NCBI GenBank assembly: GCA_963761305.1
Contig: CAVXGK010000002.1
Span: 2,848,001 to 2,912,000 of the forward strand
Direction: 5' to 3'
Source: an uncultured Gemmatimonadaceae bacterium
GTDB taxonomy: Bacteria > Gemmatimonadota > Gemmatimonadetes > Gemmatimonadales > Gemmatimonadaceae
Length of the DNA: 64,000 nucleotides
Part shown: in pieces, positions 50,591 through 60,500 of the stretch
Layout: every line of letters begins with the position of its first letter
Position numbering within the stretch: the first letter of the stretch is position 1
Notes under the pieces: model-generated
Database searches by the model: none
What the model was told of the DNA's origin: nothing
Seen by the model: only the letters and a program-made list of their open reading frames with translations
Program-made: the position numbers and the translations under genes

Positions 50591-50887
50591 ATGTTCAACG
50601 ACCACGACCTTCTCGAGTTCCTGCTCGTCGCGGCGCCCGGCTTGCTTGCCACGACAGTGCTGTTCGCTGTCTTGTGGGTCCGCGCGCGTGAACGCGCACT
50701 GCGTTCGCAGGTGTCTCAGCGCCGCCCCGACGCACTGAGTGAAGAGCTCACGCATGTCGTTCACGCGGTGGACGCGATCGCCATCGAAGTCGAGCGGATC
50801 TCCGAGGCCCAGCGCTTCACCGCGTTGGCGCTGGCGGAGCGCGCCGGGGCGAAACGGGTCGGCGAACGGGTCATCACGCCGCACTGA
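50591..50887 (+). CDS. Small membrane-anchored coiled-coil hypothetical protein
   Basis: N-terminal TM; DAIAIEVERISEAQRF; ends VITPH. Confidence 0.7.
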   Translation: MFNDHDLLEFLLVAAPGLLATTVLFAVLWVRARERALRSQVSQRRPDALSEELTHVVHAVDAIAIEVERISEAQRFTALALAERAGAKRVGERVITPH

Positions 50888-51020
50888 CGCGCCGACGAGG
50901 GTGAAGGGGGAAACGATCCCGGCGCGGGCGGAGTTCGTTCGTGGACAGCGTCCGAGGCGCGTCGTACGTTGATGCCAGTGGGCGACAGTCGACCCTCTAC
51001 CCCTCTCCCCCGATAGAGCC

Positions 51021-51509
51021 ATGAATCGCAGCTTTTTCATTCGACCGACGCTGTTCATCGTGGCCGCGGCAGTGATTGCGGCGTGCAGTTCAGGCGGCGG
51101 GACCACTACGACGACGTCGGCTCCGACACCGTCCGCGGCGCCGAGTTCACGTCCCGCGACGACAGCCGCCGCGGCTCCGGCAGCAGCCGCTTCCGCCGTG
51201 ACGCCGGCGATGATCACGCTCGGAGACTCGATCTTCCATGCCGCGAGCTGCCAGCGCTGCCATGGCGCGGACGCAAAGGGCGCCCGGAACGGGCCGAGCC
51301 TCCTCGGGCCGACGTTCCTGCACATCAAGGGCACTGGGACATACAGCGACTTCCTGAACGTCATCATGAGCGGCGTACCGGCTGACTCGATCAAGGACAA
51401 GTCGCACCAGATCGTGATGCGGCCGCGTGGTGGCGGCCAGACCCCCCTCACCGACGATCAGGTCAAAGCGGTCGCCGCGTACGTCTATTCCCTGAGCCAC
51501 AAGTCGTGA
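51021..51509 (+). CDS. Monoheme cytochrome c lipoprotein
   Basis: Lipobox IAAC; CQRCH; GPSL; distal Met in VMRPRGG. Confidence 0.85.
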   Translation: MNRSFFIRPTLFIVAAAVIAACSSGGGTTTTTSAPTPSAAPSSRPATTAAAAPAAAASAVTPAMITLGDSIFHAASCQRCHGADAKGARNGPSLLGPTFLHIKGTGTYSDFLNVIMSGVPADSIKDKSHQIVMRPRGGGQTPLTDDQVKAVAAYVYSLSHKS

Positions 51510-51513
51510 TGCC

Positions 51514-52275
<762 letters not shown>

Positions 52276-52311
52276 GCGTGGCGGCCTGGCCTCTATCGGG
52301 GCGGCCTGCTG

Positions 52312-52558
52312 AACTGCTTTGACGCAGAGGCGCGGAGAACTGCCGCAGAGGGACACTCGAGGCTCCGTCGCGCGACGAGCCGGGATTTTTGGGGGAACAG
52401 CCGCCCGGGAAGCTTCCGACGCCGTGGAGGCTTCGCCGCGGATCGATGGTTCCCGAGCGGCTTTAACAAAAACATCCCGGCTCGTCGCGCGACGGAGCCT
52501 GTCCTCCGCGGCTGCTCTCTGCGTCTCTGCCTCCTCTGCGTCTCTGCGTCAAGCAGTT
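52312..52558. repeat. Nested palindromic element, copy 3
   Basis: AACTGCTTTGACGCAGAG ... AGGCTCCGTCGCGCGACGAGCCGGGAT / ATCCCGGCTCGTCGCGCGACGGAGCCT ... CTCTGCGTCAAGCAGTT. Confidence 0.92.
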
Positions 52559-52618
52559 GCAGTTTCAGAGGTAAGCGTTAAGCAGTTGCAGCTTCAGCGC
52601 TCGAACGCCAGCAGATCG

Positions 52619-53065
52619 CTAGACCGCGCAGTAGCGATTGAACGCGTTCACCAGATCGTGCGCGATCTCCTCGGCGTGGCGGCCTTCGATCTGCCAGCGC
52701 TCGAGCATGAACACCAGATCGCCGTCCTTGAACAGCGCGATCTGCGGCGAGCTCGGCGCATAGCCGGTGAAATACTCGCGCGCGCGATTCGTGGCGTCGG
52801 CGTCCTGCCCGGCGAACACCGTGGTCAGCTTGCTCGGCTTGATCGGGTTCTCGAGCGCGATCGCGACGGCGGGGCGCGCCATGCGTGCCGAGCAGCCGCA
52901 CACCGAGTTCACGACGACCAGCGTCGTGCCGTCGGCGTTCTGGAGCTCGCGGTCGACGTCTTCGACCGTTCGCAGTTCCTGCACCCCGAGGCGGGTGAGG
53001 TCCTGGCGCATCGGGGTCACGAGCCGTTCGTCGTACATCTGTTGAGGAAGCCGCATATGGGTCAC
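52619..53065 (-). CDS. BrxA/BrxB family bacilliredoxin
   Basis: NSVCGC, ARPA, TVFAGQD, PSSP..ALFKDG, IEG. Confidence 0.9.
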   Translation of the reverse strand: MTHMRLPQQMYDERLVTPMRQDLTRLGVQELRTVEDVDRELQNADGTTLVVVNSVCGCSARMARPAVAIALENPIKPSKLTTVFAGQDADATNRAREYFTGYAPSSPQIALFKDGDLVFMLERWQIEGRHAEEIAHDLVNAFNRYCAV

Positions 53066-53119
53066 TGAGGAAGATTCACATGGTTGACAGTCGAGCGATC
53101 ACGGGGTCACGCCACGAGG

Positions 53120-53485
53120 TCACTCGTCACGCACGAGCGCCAGGATCGCCGCTTGGGGCACGACGAGATAGCGGTCGCCTTCGAAAGTGATCTCGACCGC
53201 CGCCTTGCGGAAAAAGAGCGCGTAGTCGCCGGTCTTGGCCTGCATCGGAACGAACCGTGTTGCCCGTTCGCCCGCGCCGGTCTGCCACGGTTCGTCGGAG
53301 AACGAATCGAGGCTCGGCATCGGAAGACCCGGGCCGGTCGCCACGATCTTGCCGCCCTGCACCGCCTGGTTGTCGATCGCCGTCGGAGGAAGGTACAACC
53401 CGACGGTCGTACGTTCCTCGCCTTCCTCCACGCGCACCAGCACGCGGTCGCCGACGACGATGAGCTCTTTGTCTCGCTTGATCAT
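53120..53485 (-). CDS. GroES/Cpn10-family co-chaperone (orphan, long type)
   Basis: GDRVLV, GLYLP, ATGPG, GDYALF; CAGGAG RBS. Confidence 0.82.
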   Translation of the reverse strand: MIKRDKELIVVGDRVLVRVEEGEERTTVGLYLPPTAIDNQAVQGGKIVATGPGLPMPSLDSFSDEPWQTGAGERATRFVPMQAKTGDYALFFRKAAVEITFEGDRYLVVPQAAILALVRDE

Positions 53486-53527
53486 GGGTCGCTCCTGACT
53501 CAGGTGCTTTGGCGGATCCGTCAAAAG

Positions 53528-54871
53528 TTACTCTGCGGGAATAGGGGTGGTCGGGTTGGGCCGGGCGAGCCGGAACACAGGGTAGCTCACCACGAGAATT
53601 CCCAGGGCGAAAAGGCTGTTTCGGCGGTCCTCGACGACGGCGCTGACCAGGAACCCCAGCGATCCCAGCAACACGAGCCCCGTCGTCCACGGATAGCCGA
53701 CCGTCCGATACGGCCGTGCGCGTTGCGGCTCGCGAATGCGCAAGCGAATCAGGCCGAGGAAGGACATGCTGTAGTTCGCGACGAAAAAGAACGCCGCGAT
53801 CGCAATCATCGTCTCGAAGGTGCCGGTCGCCAGAAATCCAATCGTGATGATTCCCGTCGCGACCAGCGAGACGACGGGCGTCCCTTTCGGGTTCACCCGT
53901 GCCGCGACCGGGATCCCCAGGCCGTCGCGACTCATCGAGAACAGCGTGCGCGAGGCCATCAGAATGCACGCGTTCACGGCGCTCGGCAGCGACACGATCA
54001 CGAGGAGCTGCACGATGCGCTCGCCGCCTGCGCCGAGGATGGCGTTGGCGACCGTTCCCGCCGCCAGCTTCGAGCCGGCGAGCGTGGAGAGCGGAAGGAC
54101 ATGAAGAAAGGCGATGTTGATGAGCAGATAGATCGCTGCCACGCCCGCCAAGCCGTAGAACATCGAGCGAGGAATCTGGTGCGCCGGGTCGTTCAGCTCT
54201 TCCGAGAAGTAGATCGGTCCGGTCCAGCCGTCGTACGCGTAGATCACTGACTGCGCGGCCAGGAGAAACGCGGCGAAATGAAACCCGCTCGGCGCAGACG
54301 ATGCAGCGGCGGCCGGCGGCGCGGCGCCACGTGCGTCGAACGCGAAGCACGCGACGACGAGCGCGACGAGCGCCACGGCCTTGAGGAGGCTGGTCAACTG
54401 CTGTGCGCGATCGCCGCGACGTGTTCCGCCCAACAAAAGCAGCGTGAACGCCGCGGTGACAACCATCGCGATCGGCGCGACGCCCGATGTCACTCCAATG
54501 AAACCGACGACCGACTCTCCGATGACCGTGGCAATTGCCGCTGTCGAGGCGCACGTCGAGACCCAGTCCATCCACCCGGCGACGAACCCGACGTAATCGC
54601 CGAAGATGTCGTGCGCGAAGACGTATTGTCCTCCGCTCCTCGGCATCATCGTCCCGAGCTCGGCCAGCGCGTTGGCGCCGAGCAGCGCGTAGAGCCCGCC
54701 GATGACCCAGATGCCGATGAAGCCGAGCGCGTTCGGTAGATAGCCCGCGATCTCGCCCGGCGTGCGCAGGATTCCCGCACCGATCGTATTGCCGATCGTC
54801 ACAGCCAGGCCGAAGGTTAGGCCGAGCATCTGGACGAGGGATTGCTTGGATCGGCTGGGCTCGGTCACCAC
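53528..54871 (-). CDS. APC family amino acid permease
   Basis: IGAGI, AELGTMMPRSGG.Y, YDGW, SEE, RPYR..GYP. Confidence 0.92.
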   Translation of the reverse strand: MVTEPSRSKQSLVQMLGLTFGLAVTIGNTIGAGILRTPGEIAGYLPNALGFIGIWVIGGLYALLGANALAELGTMMPRSGGQYVFAHDIFGDYVGFVAGWMDWVSTCASTAAIATVIGESVVGFIGVTSGVAPIAMVVTAAFTLLLLGGTRRGDRAQQLTSLLKAVALVALVVACFAFDARGAAPPAAAASSAPSGFHFAAFLLAAQSVIYAYDGWTGPIYFSEELNDPAHQIPRSMFYGLAGVAAIYLLINIAFLHVLPLSTLAGSKLAAGTVANAILGAGGERIVQLLVIVSLPSAVNACILMASRTLFSMSRDGLGIPVAARVNPKGTPVVSLVATGIITIGFLATGTFETMIAIAAFFFVANYSMSFLGLIRLRIREPQRARPYRTVGYPWTTGLVLLGSLGFLVSAVVEDRRNSLFALGILVVSYPVFRLARPNPTTPIPAE

Positions 54872-54934
54872 GCAAACGATCGCTCTCGGACGGCGTGACG
54901 GCTAGAAGCCGGACCGGTGGACGAAGTCGACCAC

Positions 54935-54982
54935 AAAAAATCAGCGGGATGGACCGTATCCAACCGGCACACCCCGCTGATT
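54935..54982 (-). terminator. Rho-independent terminator on minus strand
   Basis: Minus strand AATCAGCGGGGTGTGCCG-GTTGGATA-CGGTCCATCCCGCTGATTTTTT. Confidence 0.75.
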
Positions 54983-55070
54983 GTGCTTTCGGAGATCAGG
55001 CCGACCCCCACCCGAGTCAACGCAACCTCAACGAAAGCGACCTTCTGTTGTCCACCGACGATCAGTACAC
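54935..55070 (-). ncRNA. Candidate ECF-dependent small RNA (~130 nt)
   Basis: Bounded by AGGGT-N15-TGTC site (55078-55101) and a terminator; no ORF with RBS. Confidence 0.45.
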
Positions 55071-55077
55071 GCTTCTA

Positions 55078-55101
55078 GACAAGGACGTTGGGGCGAACCC
55101 T
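55078..55101 (-). promoter_or_regulatory. Putative ECF promoter site 3
   Basis: AGGGT tcgccccaacgtcct TGTC. Confidence 0.6.
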
Positions 55102-55114
55102 GACGTTTTTCTCG

Positions 55115-56029
55115 TTACTGGCAATTAAGATGTCCAAACGGTAGGGGCAGCGTGCAGTTCTGCGTATTGCCGTCTTCGGTGATCACGACCTTCGCCGTCG
55201 CCGAACCGTCGTACGTGATGACTTCGCGTCGCGAAGACGTGGCCGGCGACTGGCCCGAGAGCGTCATCGTCACCGACATCGAGCGGATGATCGTGCCCGC
55301 GGTCGGATACGGCGGATGGCTCAACGCCGCGGTGCCGACAGGGATCACGATGCCGGTGATGGTGTCGCCGGCCATGCGCTGCGCGGTGAACGCTCCCATC
55401 GACGAGGTGCCCGTCGTGTTTTCCGATCCGGCCGATACGCCGTCGACCTTTCGTTGCGTGCTGCCCCGCGCGAGACCACTGATCGTCTGACTGCTCGATT
55501 CGTTCACGTGCGTCGTGTCGCCGTCGTGGCGCGTCACTGTGCCCGTGACGCTGAAAGTGGAGACGAGGGTGTTCGTCGTGCTGTCGAATTTCGACTGCGG
55601 AGCGCCGCTCGCGTCGGTGAGCAAGTAGGTGCGAGTGACCGTGAGGCCGTTGTGCGCCTCTTTCGCGCACGTCACGACACCCGTGCTAGCGGACGTACAC
55701 GCGTTGCCTCGCATGACCACCCCGAGGCCGAAGCCGAGGAACGGCTGGCCCAGACCGCCCATGAATCCGATGCCGAAGCCGGCGCCGTGACCGAACAGGA
55801 AACGCGACAGCGGCCCGCGCCCTTCGAACAGCGGCGAGAACGGGTTATCGGTGTCCGAGGCATCGAAGCTGGTACTCAGATCGGAAAAGCCGGGCGGCAC
55901 GGTGGAGAACGCGGACGACGCGTCCAACAACGCCGCGCTGCCGCTATTCGGCGCGCTGCTGGAATCGCTGCTGCACGCGACGGTCACGGCGGCGGCGGCG
56001 AGGCAGGTCACGGTCACAATTCGTTTCAT
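55115..56029 (-). CDS. Ser/Thr/Gly-rich hypothetical lipoprotein
   Basis: Lipobox TVAC; beta-rich C-terminal part; AAGGA RBS. Confidence 0.78.
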   Translation of the reverse strand: MKRIVTVTCLAAAAVTVACSSDSSSAPNSGSAALLDASSAFSTVPPGFSDLSTSFDASDTDNPFSPLFEGRGPLSRFLFGHGAGFGIGFMGGLGQPFLGFGLGVVMRGNACTSASTGVVTCAKEAHNGLTVTRTYLLTDASGAPQSKFDSTTNTLVSTFSVTGTVTRHDGDTTHVNESSSQTISGLARGSTQRKVDGVSAGSENTTGTSSMGAFTAQRMAGDTITGIVIPVGTAALSHPPYPTAGTIIRSMSVTMTLSGQSPATSSRREVITYDGSATAKVVITEDGNTQNCTLPLPFGHLNCQ

Positions 56030-56059
56030 GGCTCACGTCCTTTGTCGAGTCCGAATGCA

Positions 56060-56083
56060 GACACGGCCTGCGTCTGCTACCCT
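56060..56083 (-). promoter_or_regulatory. Putative ECF promoter site 2 (lipoprotein)
   Basis: AGGGT agcagacgcaggccg TGTC. Confidence 0.65.
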
Positions 56084-56158
56084 CAGTTTGTCGTTTGGAC
56101 CGGCCCAGCGTTAACAAAAAAAACGAAATTCGGTCCCGACACGTTCTCGGACTGTGAC

Positions 56159-56710
56159 TTAGATCGCTGTCGTCTCAGGCAACCACGCGGCGAGGCGGTT
56201 GCGTAAGTGCTTCAGCGCCTTCCCCATCTGCGATTCGACCGTCTTGATCGAGATGCCGAGCGTCTCGGCGATTTCGGCGTAGCGCAATCCCTGTTCCCGG
56301 CTCAGCCGAAATACTTCGCGGCAGGCGGGCGGCAGCTCGGCGACCGCGGTCGTGATGGCGTCGCGCAGCTCCGCGGCGACGAGGCCCGAGGTTCCGGCCG
56401 CGGCGACGCTTTCTTCGCCGATGAGATGGGGTTCGGCGCGCTTCTGTACATTGGCGTGGCGAATCTGGTTCAACGCGCGATTGCGCGTGGACCGCACCAG
56501 GTAGGCGCGCAACGACTCCTGGATCATCACGGTTTGCCGGCGCCGCCAGAGCTCCAGCATCACTTCCTGTACGACGTCCTCGCTCGCGCTTCGATCATGC
56601 AACAGGCTCTGGGCCAGGATGACGAGGGCGGGGTAGTGCGTTCGGAAGATCGTGTCGAAGGCCGCCTGGTCGTCTCCTTTCAGGCGGTCGAGAAGCGCTC
56701 GGTCATCCAT
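56159..56710 (-). CDS. ECF RNA polymerase sigma-70 factor (FecI-like)
   Basis: EDVVQEV, YL..S.RNRALN, LP..CREVF.LSR..GL.Y.EIAETLGISIKTVESQM. Confidence 0.93.
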   Translation of the reverse strand: MDDRALLDRLKGDDQAAFDTIFRTHYPALVILAQSLLHDRSASEDVVQEVMLELWRRRQTVMIQESLRAYLVRSTRNRALNQIRHANVQKRAEPHLIGEESVAAAGTSGLVAAELRDAITTAVAELPPACREVFRLSREQGLRYAEIAETLGISIKTVESQMGKALKHLRNRLAAWLPETTAI

Positions 56711-56838
56711 GCCCGTATCGTGGGGCAGGACAAGCGCTCCAGGACGAGCTCAATCGCCGGCCAACTGTCCGCGGCAGCGTGGTTTCCGTATACTCCCGTC
56801 TCCGCGGGTGGACCGTGATCGGGGCCATGATTCGCATA

Positions 56839-56862
56839 AGGGTATACGTTTTCCGACGTGTC
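56839..56862 (+). promoter_or_regulatory. Putative ECF promoter site 1 (fecR, probably leaderless)
   Basis: AGGGT atacgttttccgacg TGTC, 8 nt before ATG. Confidence 0.65.
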
Positions 56863-56870
56863 GATAGGCC

Positions 56871-57941
56871 ATGACCGACGACGCTCATCACCAGTCCGGT
56901 ACGTCCGATTTCGTCCCGGATTGGGACATGCTCGCACGTTTCGTCGCCGGTGAAAGCTCGGTCGACGAAATCTCGCACGTCACCCAATGGCTGGACGCGA
57001 ATCCCGCCGAGCGGGCGTTGCTGGAGCGCTTGACCGAAGTCACCGCGGCAACCTCCGCGCCGGATGTCGACGTCGAGGCCGCGTTGGAACGGGTCCACGC
57101 ACGGATGGGTCAGGCCGCGACGCTGTCGATCGCCGAGAGGCCGACGCGGCGATCCTGGCGGCCGATGGCTTCGATTGCCCTGCTCGCCGCGGCCGCGGCG
57201 ATCGGGTTTCTCGTCGTATCGAAGCGGAAGGCCGGATCGTTCCGTGACAAGGCGGCCACGACGGTCGCGTCGCGCACGTACATGACGAGCTATGGCCAGC
57301 GCGACTCGATCGATCTGGGCGATGGCTCGCGCGTGGTGCTCGGACCCGACAGCCGCCTGACCGTTTCCGGCGGCTTCGGAACCAAGTCGCGGTCCGTCGA
57401 GTTGCGTGGAGACGCGTATTTTGACGTGCGCCATGACTCAGCGAATCCCTTCGCCGTGCGGGTTGGTTCGGCCCTCATTCAGGACGTCGGCACGACGTTC
57501 ACCGTCGAGAGCGACGACGCCAACGCGACCGTGGTGACCGTTGTAACTGGGAGTGTGCGGCTGCGGACCATGCAATCCGCGGCCAGTGCGGGCGTCGTTC
57601 TTGCTGCGGGGGAGCGTGGATCAATCGACGACGCGGGGCGTACCAGCATGGAGCGCTCGCCCTCGCCCGACGATGACGTTGCCTGGACGACGGGCAAGCT
57701 CGTGTTCCGCGACGCACTCTTGTCGCGCGTGGCGGCCGAGGTTCATCGCTGGTACGGAGTTCGATTGCACGTGGATGACCCATCGCTCTTGTCGCACCAT
57801 GTCACGACGACTCTGCTCACGAATCAATCGGCGGATGAGGTGCTTCACATTCTCGAGCTCGAGCTCGGCGTGCGAATCGAGCGTCAAGGCGACTCGGCGG
57901 TGGTCATGAACGGACGGAGCTCCGTGTCCCCGCCCCGGTGA
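56871..57941 (+). CDS. FecR-family anti-sigma factor
   Basis: One TM; LGDGSRVVLGPDS, GDAYFDV.HD..PF.V, GTTF, WTTGKLVF. Confidence 0.92.
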   Translation: MTDDAHHQSGTSDFVPDWDMLARFVAGESSVDEISHVTQWLDANPAERALLERLTEVTAATSAPDVDVEAALERVHARMGQAATLSIAERPTRRSWRPMASIALLAAAAAIGFLVVSKRKAGSFRDKAATTVASRTYMTSYGQRDSIDLGDGSRVVLGPDSRLTVSGGFGTKSRSVELRGDAYFDVRHDSANPFAVRVGSALIQDVGTTFTVESDDANATVVTVVTGSVRLRTMQSAASAGVVLAAGERGSIDDAGRTSMERSPSPDDDVAWTTGKLVFRDALLSRVAAEVHRWYGVRLHVDDPSLLSHHVTTTLLTNQSADEVLHILELELGVRIERQGDSAVVMNGRSSVSPPR

Positions 57942-60478
57942 TCGCCACGCGTTCGCGGGTATGCTATCTCAGCGCGAGCACCGTAATGGTGCTCGCGTTC
58001 GCGCGTTCAATGGACGCTCAAACGCGCGCGTGTCAGGCGACGCCCGTCGATTCTTCGGCCGCCGCCGCCCCCACGTGGGCGCCCCCGCTGGACCGATCGA
58101 TCAGCCTTCGAGCGATCAATCTTTCGCTGCGCGACGCGCTCGATCGAGTCGCGACGACGGCACGCATCCGCCTGTCGTACAGCGCCGAGCAATTGCCCCT
58201 CGACCGCGTAGTGTGCGTTTCGGCAGAGGGGTCTCAGGCTGGTCGTGTGCTGTCCGATCTGCTGAACGGAACGAACGTCTCGCCGGTCGTCGTCGGCAGC
58301 GATCAGGTCGTTCTCGCGCCGCGGCTGCGGTCGGCCCGATCCGAGGCGCCGCCGATGGCGCCGACGCTCGGCGTGCTCGACCGCGTCGTCGTCACGGGAA
58401 CCGCGACCGGCGCGCCGGCGAAGGAACTGTCCGTCGGACTCGGCGTCGTGAACGGCCGCGCGCTGTCGCGCGACAACACGACTACGATCTCCGACGCGCT
58501 CGACTCGTACGTGCCCGGCATGTGGTCGTGGGCTCAGTCGCCGTCGAGCATGTTGAGCTCGTACGCGAGCATCCGCGGCGCCAGCTCGTTTGGATTGAGC
58601 TATCCAAAGATCTACATCGACGGGATCGAGGTCGCGAACCCGCTGCTGCTCAGCCGCTTCAATCCGGGCGCGATCGATCGCATCGAAGTGGTTCGCGGCC
58701 CGCAAGGTGCCGCGCTCTACGGCGCGGACGCGATCAGCGGCGTGGTGAACATCGTGACGCGTCACGACGGCTCCGACGGCGACGGCCCGCAGGCCGCGAT
58801 CCGCTCGACGGCCGGCGTGTCGCAGAGCTCCTACGCGCGCGACGTCGTGGCGCAGGATCACGCGCTCTCGTTCGTCACCGGCACGAGCACGCGGTCGGCC
58901 GATCTGCACGTGAGCGGGTCGACGCTCGGCGCCTTCGTGCCCAACGGATACAGCCGCGACATCATGGCGTCCGGCGGCGGGCGGATCGTCGGCAGCTCCG
59001 GCACGCTCACGACGACGGCGCGTCTTTTCTTCGAGCAGGCGGGAGTTCCATCGAGCCCGCTGGTGCAAGCGCCGGTGTCCAACTCATCGCCGGGCGGTTC
59101 CTCGTCGATGATGCCGGCCACCAACACCTCGCCGCAGACGGTCACCGAATACACGCTCGGCACGACCGCGATGCGCGCGTCCGATCAGAACACTGTCGAT
59201 TCGTTCATCATCGGCGTCGACGGGTACCGTCTCGCCAACGTCCAGACGAACTACACGCCGGTGCCGAGCATCGTCGACTCGGCGTTGCGCGCGGCGCAGG
59301 GCGGCGCTGACCGCGCGACGCTGCGCGCGACCCGCGTGATTCATTTCCGCGGCGACGATCCGACGCGCGGTTCGCTCACGCTCTCCGCCGAACACGCCAC
59401 GCTGCGCGCGTCAACGGTGGCTTCGTCGGCCTTCATCGTCGGCAGCCGCGGCGTAGGCAGTCAGGGTAGCCCCGGCGGCCCGAACGGCCAAACCGGCCAG
59501 CAGCAGCTGCTCGAGCCGATGGTCAGCTGGCAGAACAGCACTGGTGTCACGGCGCAGGCCAACGCCGCGCTCGACAACGCGCTGTTCTTCACGACGGGCG
59601 TAAGGCTCGAGGAAGACAGCCGCCTCGCTGCCGGCGATCGCGTCGTCAAGCTGCCGATGGTAGGAGTGTCGGGCGTGAACGACTTCGGTCCGTTCACGAT
59701 GAAACTGCGCGCCGCGTACGGCCGCGGCATTCGTCCGCCGAGCACCGCGGAGCGCTGGCAACTGTGGCAGCCGCAGACGGCCTCACAGGCGGCGTTGGGA
59801 CCGGAAGTGCAGTCGGGCACCGAGGTCGGCCTCGACTTGACGTTCCATCGAGCGCTGACGCTGCAGCTCACGCGGTTCGATCAGCGCGCGTCCGGGCTCA
59901 TCCAGCAGGTCCCGTTCGCGTCGGACAGCGCGGTCACCGGCCGGCGGATGGAGTACGTCGCGCAGAACGTCGGCGAGATCTCGAATCAGGGATGGGAGCT
60001 CGGCGCCACGAGCTCGTGGTCGCGGCTGACGATGAACGCGTCGTTCGCCTCCGTAGACAGCCGCGTGCGCCGGTTGGCTGACGGCTACACCGGCGATCTC
60101 GCGACCGGCGATCGAATGCTGCAGGTCCCGGCGATCACGGCGAGCTTCGGCGCCGCGTGGACGGGCGAGACGTGGTCGACGTCCATCGGCGGAACGCGCG
60201 CCTTCGACTGGATCAACTACGACGAGGTGGCGCTCGCGCAGGCCGGGATGTCGGGAACCCAGCCCGTTCAGGGCCTGGTCGGCCCCTCGCTGCGTAGCTA
60301 CTGGCGCCAATACACGGGTGGACTCCACCTCCGCGCGAGCGTCTCGCACGACATCCGGCGCGACTTCGCCGTCGAGATGTCGGGCGACAATCTGCTGAAC
60401 TACCAGCGCGGCGAGCCGGACAACATCACGATCATCCCCGGCCGGACGATCATGACGGGAGTTCGCGTTAACTTCTAG
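57938..60478 (+). CDS. TonB-dependent receptor with N-terminal signalling (STN-like) domain
   Basis: GTGA overlap with fecR; VVVTG, IRG, YIDG, IEVVRGPQGAALYGADAISGVVNI; terminal Phe. Confidence 0.88.
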   Translation: MIATRSRVCYLSASTVMVLAFARSMDAQTRACQATPVDSSAAAAPTWAPPLDRSISLRAINLSLRDALDRVATTARIRLSYSAEQLPLDRVVCVSAEGSQAGRVLSDLLNGTNVSPVVVGSDQVVLAPRLRSARSEAPPMAPTLGVLDRVVVTGTATGAPAKELSVGLGVVNGRALSRDNTTTISDALDSYVPGMWSWAQSPSSMLSSYASIRGASSFGLSYPKIYIDGIEVANPLLLSRFNPGAIDRIEVVRGPQGAALYGADAISGVVNIVTRHDGSDGDGPQAAIRSTAGVSQSSYARDVVAQDHALSFVTGTSTRSADLHVSGSTLGAFVPNGYSRDIMASGGGRIVGSSGTLTTTARLFFEQAGVPSSPLVQAPVSNSSPGGSSSMMPATNTSPQTVTEYTLGTTAMRASDQNTVDSFIIGVDGYRLANVQTNYTPVPSIVDSALRAAQGGADRATLRATRVIHFRGDDPTRGSLTLSAEHATLRASTVASSAFIVGSRGVGSQGSPGGPNGQTGQQQLLEPMVSWQNSTGVTAQANAALDNALFFTTGVRLEEDSRLAAGDRVVKLPMVGVSGVNDFGPFTMKLRAAYGRGIRPPSTAERWQLWQPQTASQAALGPEVQSGTEVGLDLTFHRALTLQLTRFDQRASGLIQQVPFASDSAVTGRRMEYVAQNVGEISNQGWELGATSSWSRLTMNASFASVDSRVRRLADGYTGDLATGDRMLQVPAITASFGAAWTGETWSTSIGGTRAFDWINYDEVALAQAGMSGTQPVQGLVGPSLRSYWRQYTGGLHLRASVSHDIRRDFAVEMSGDNLLNYQRGEPDNITIIPGRTIMTGVRVNF

Positions 60479-60500
60479 CCTCGTGAGATTCCACGAGGAC

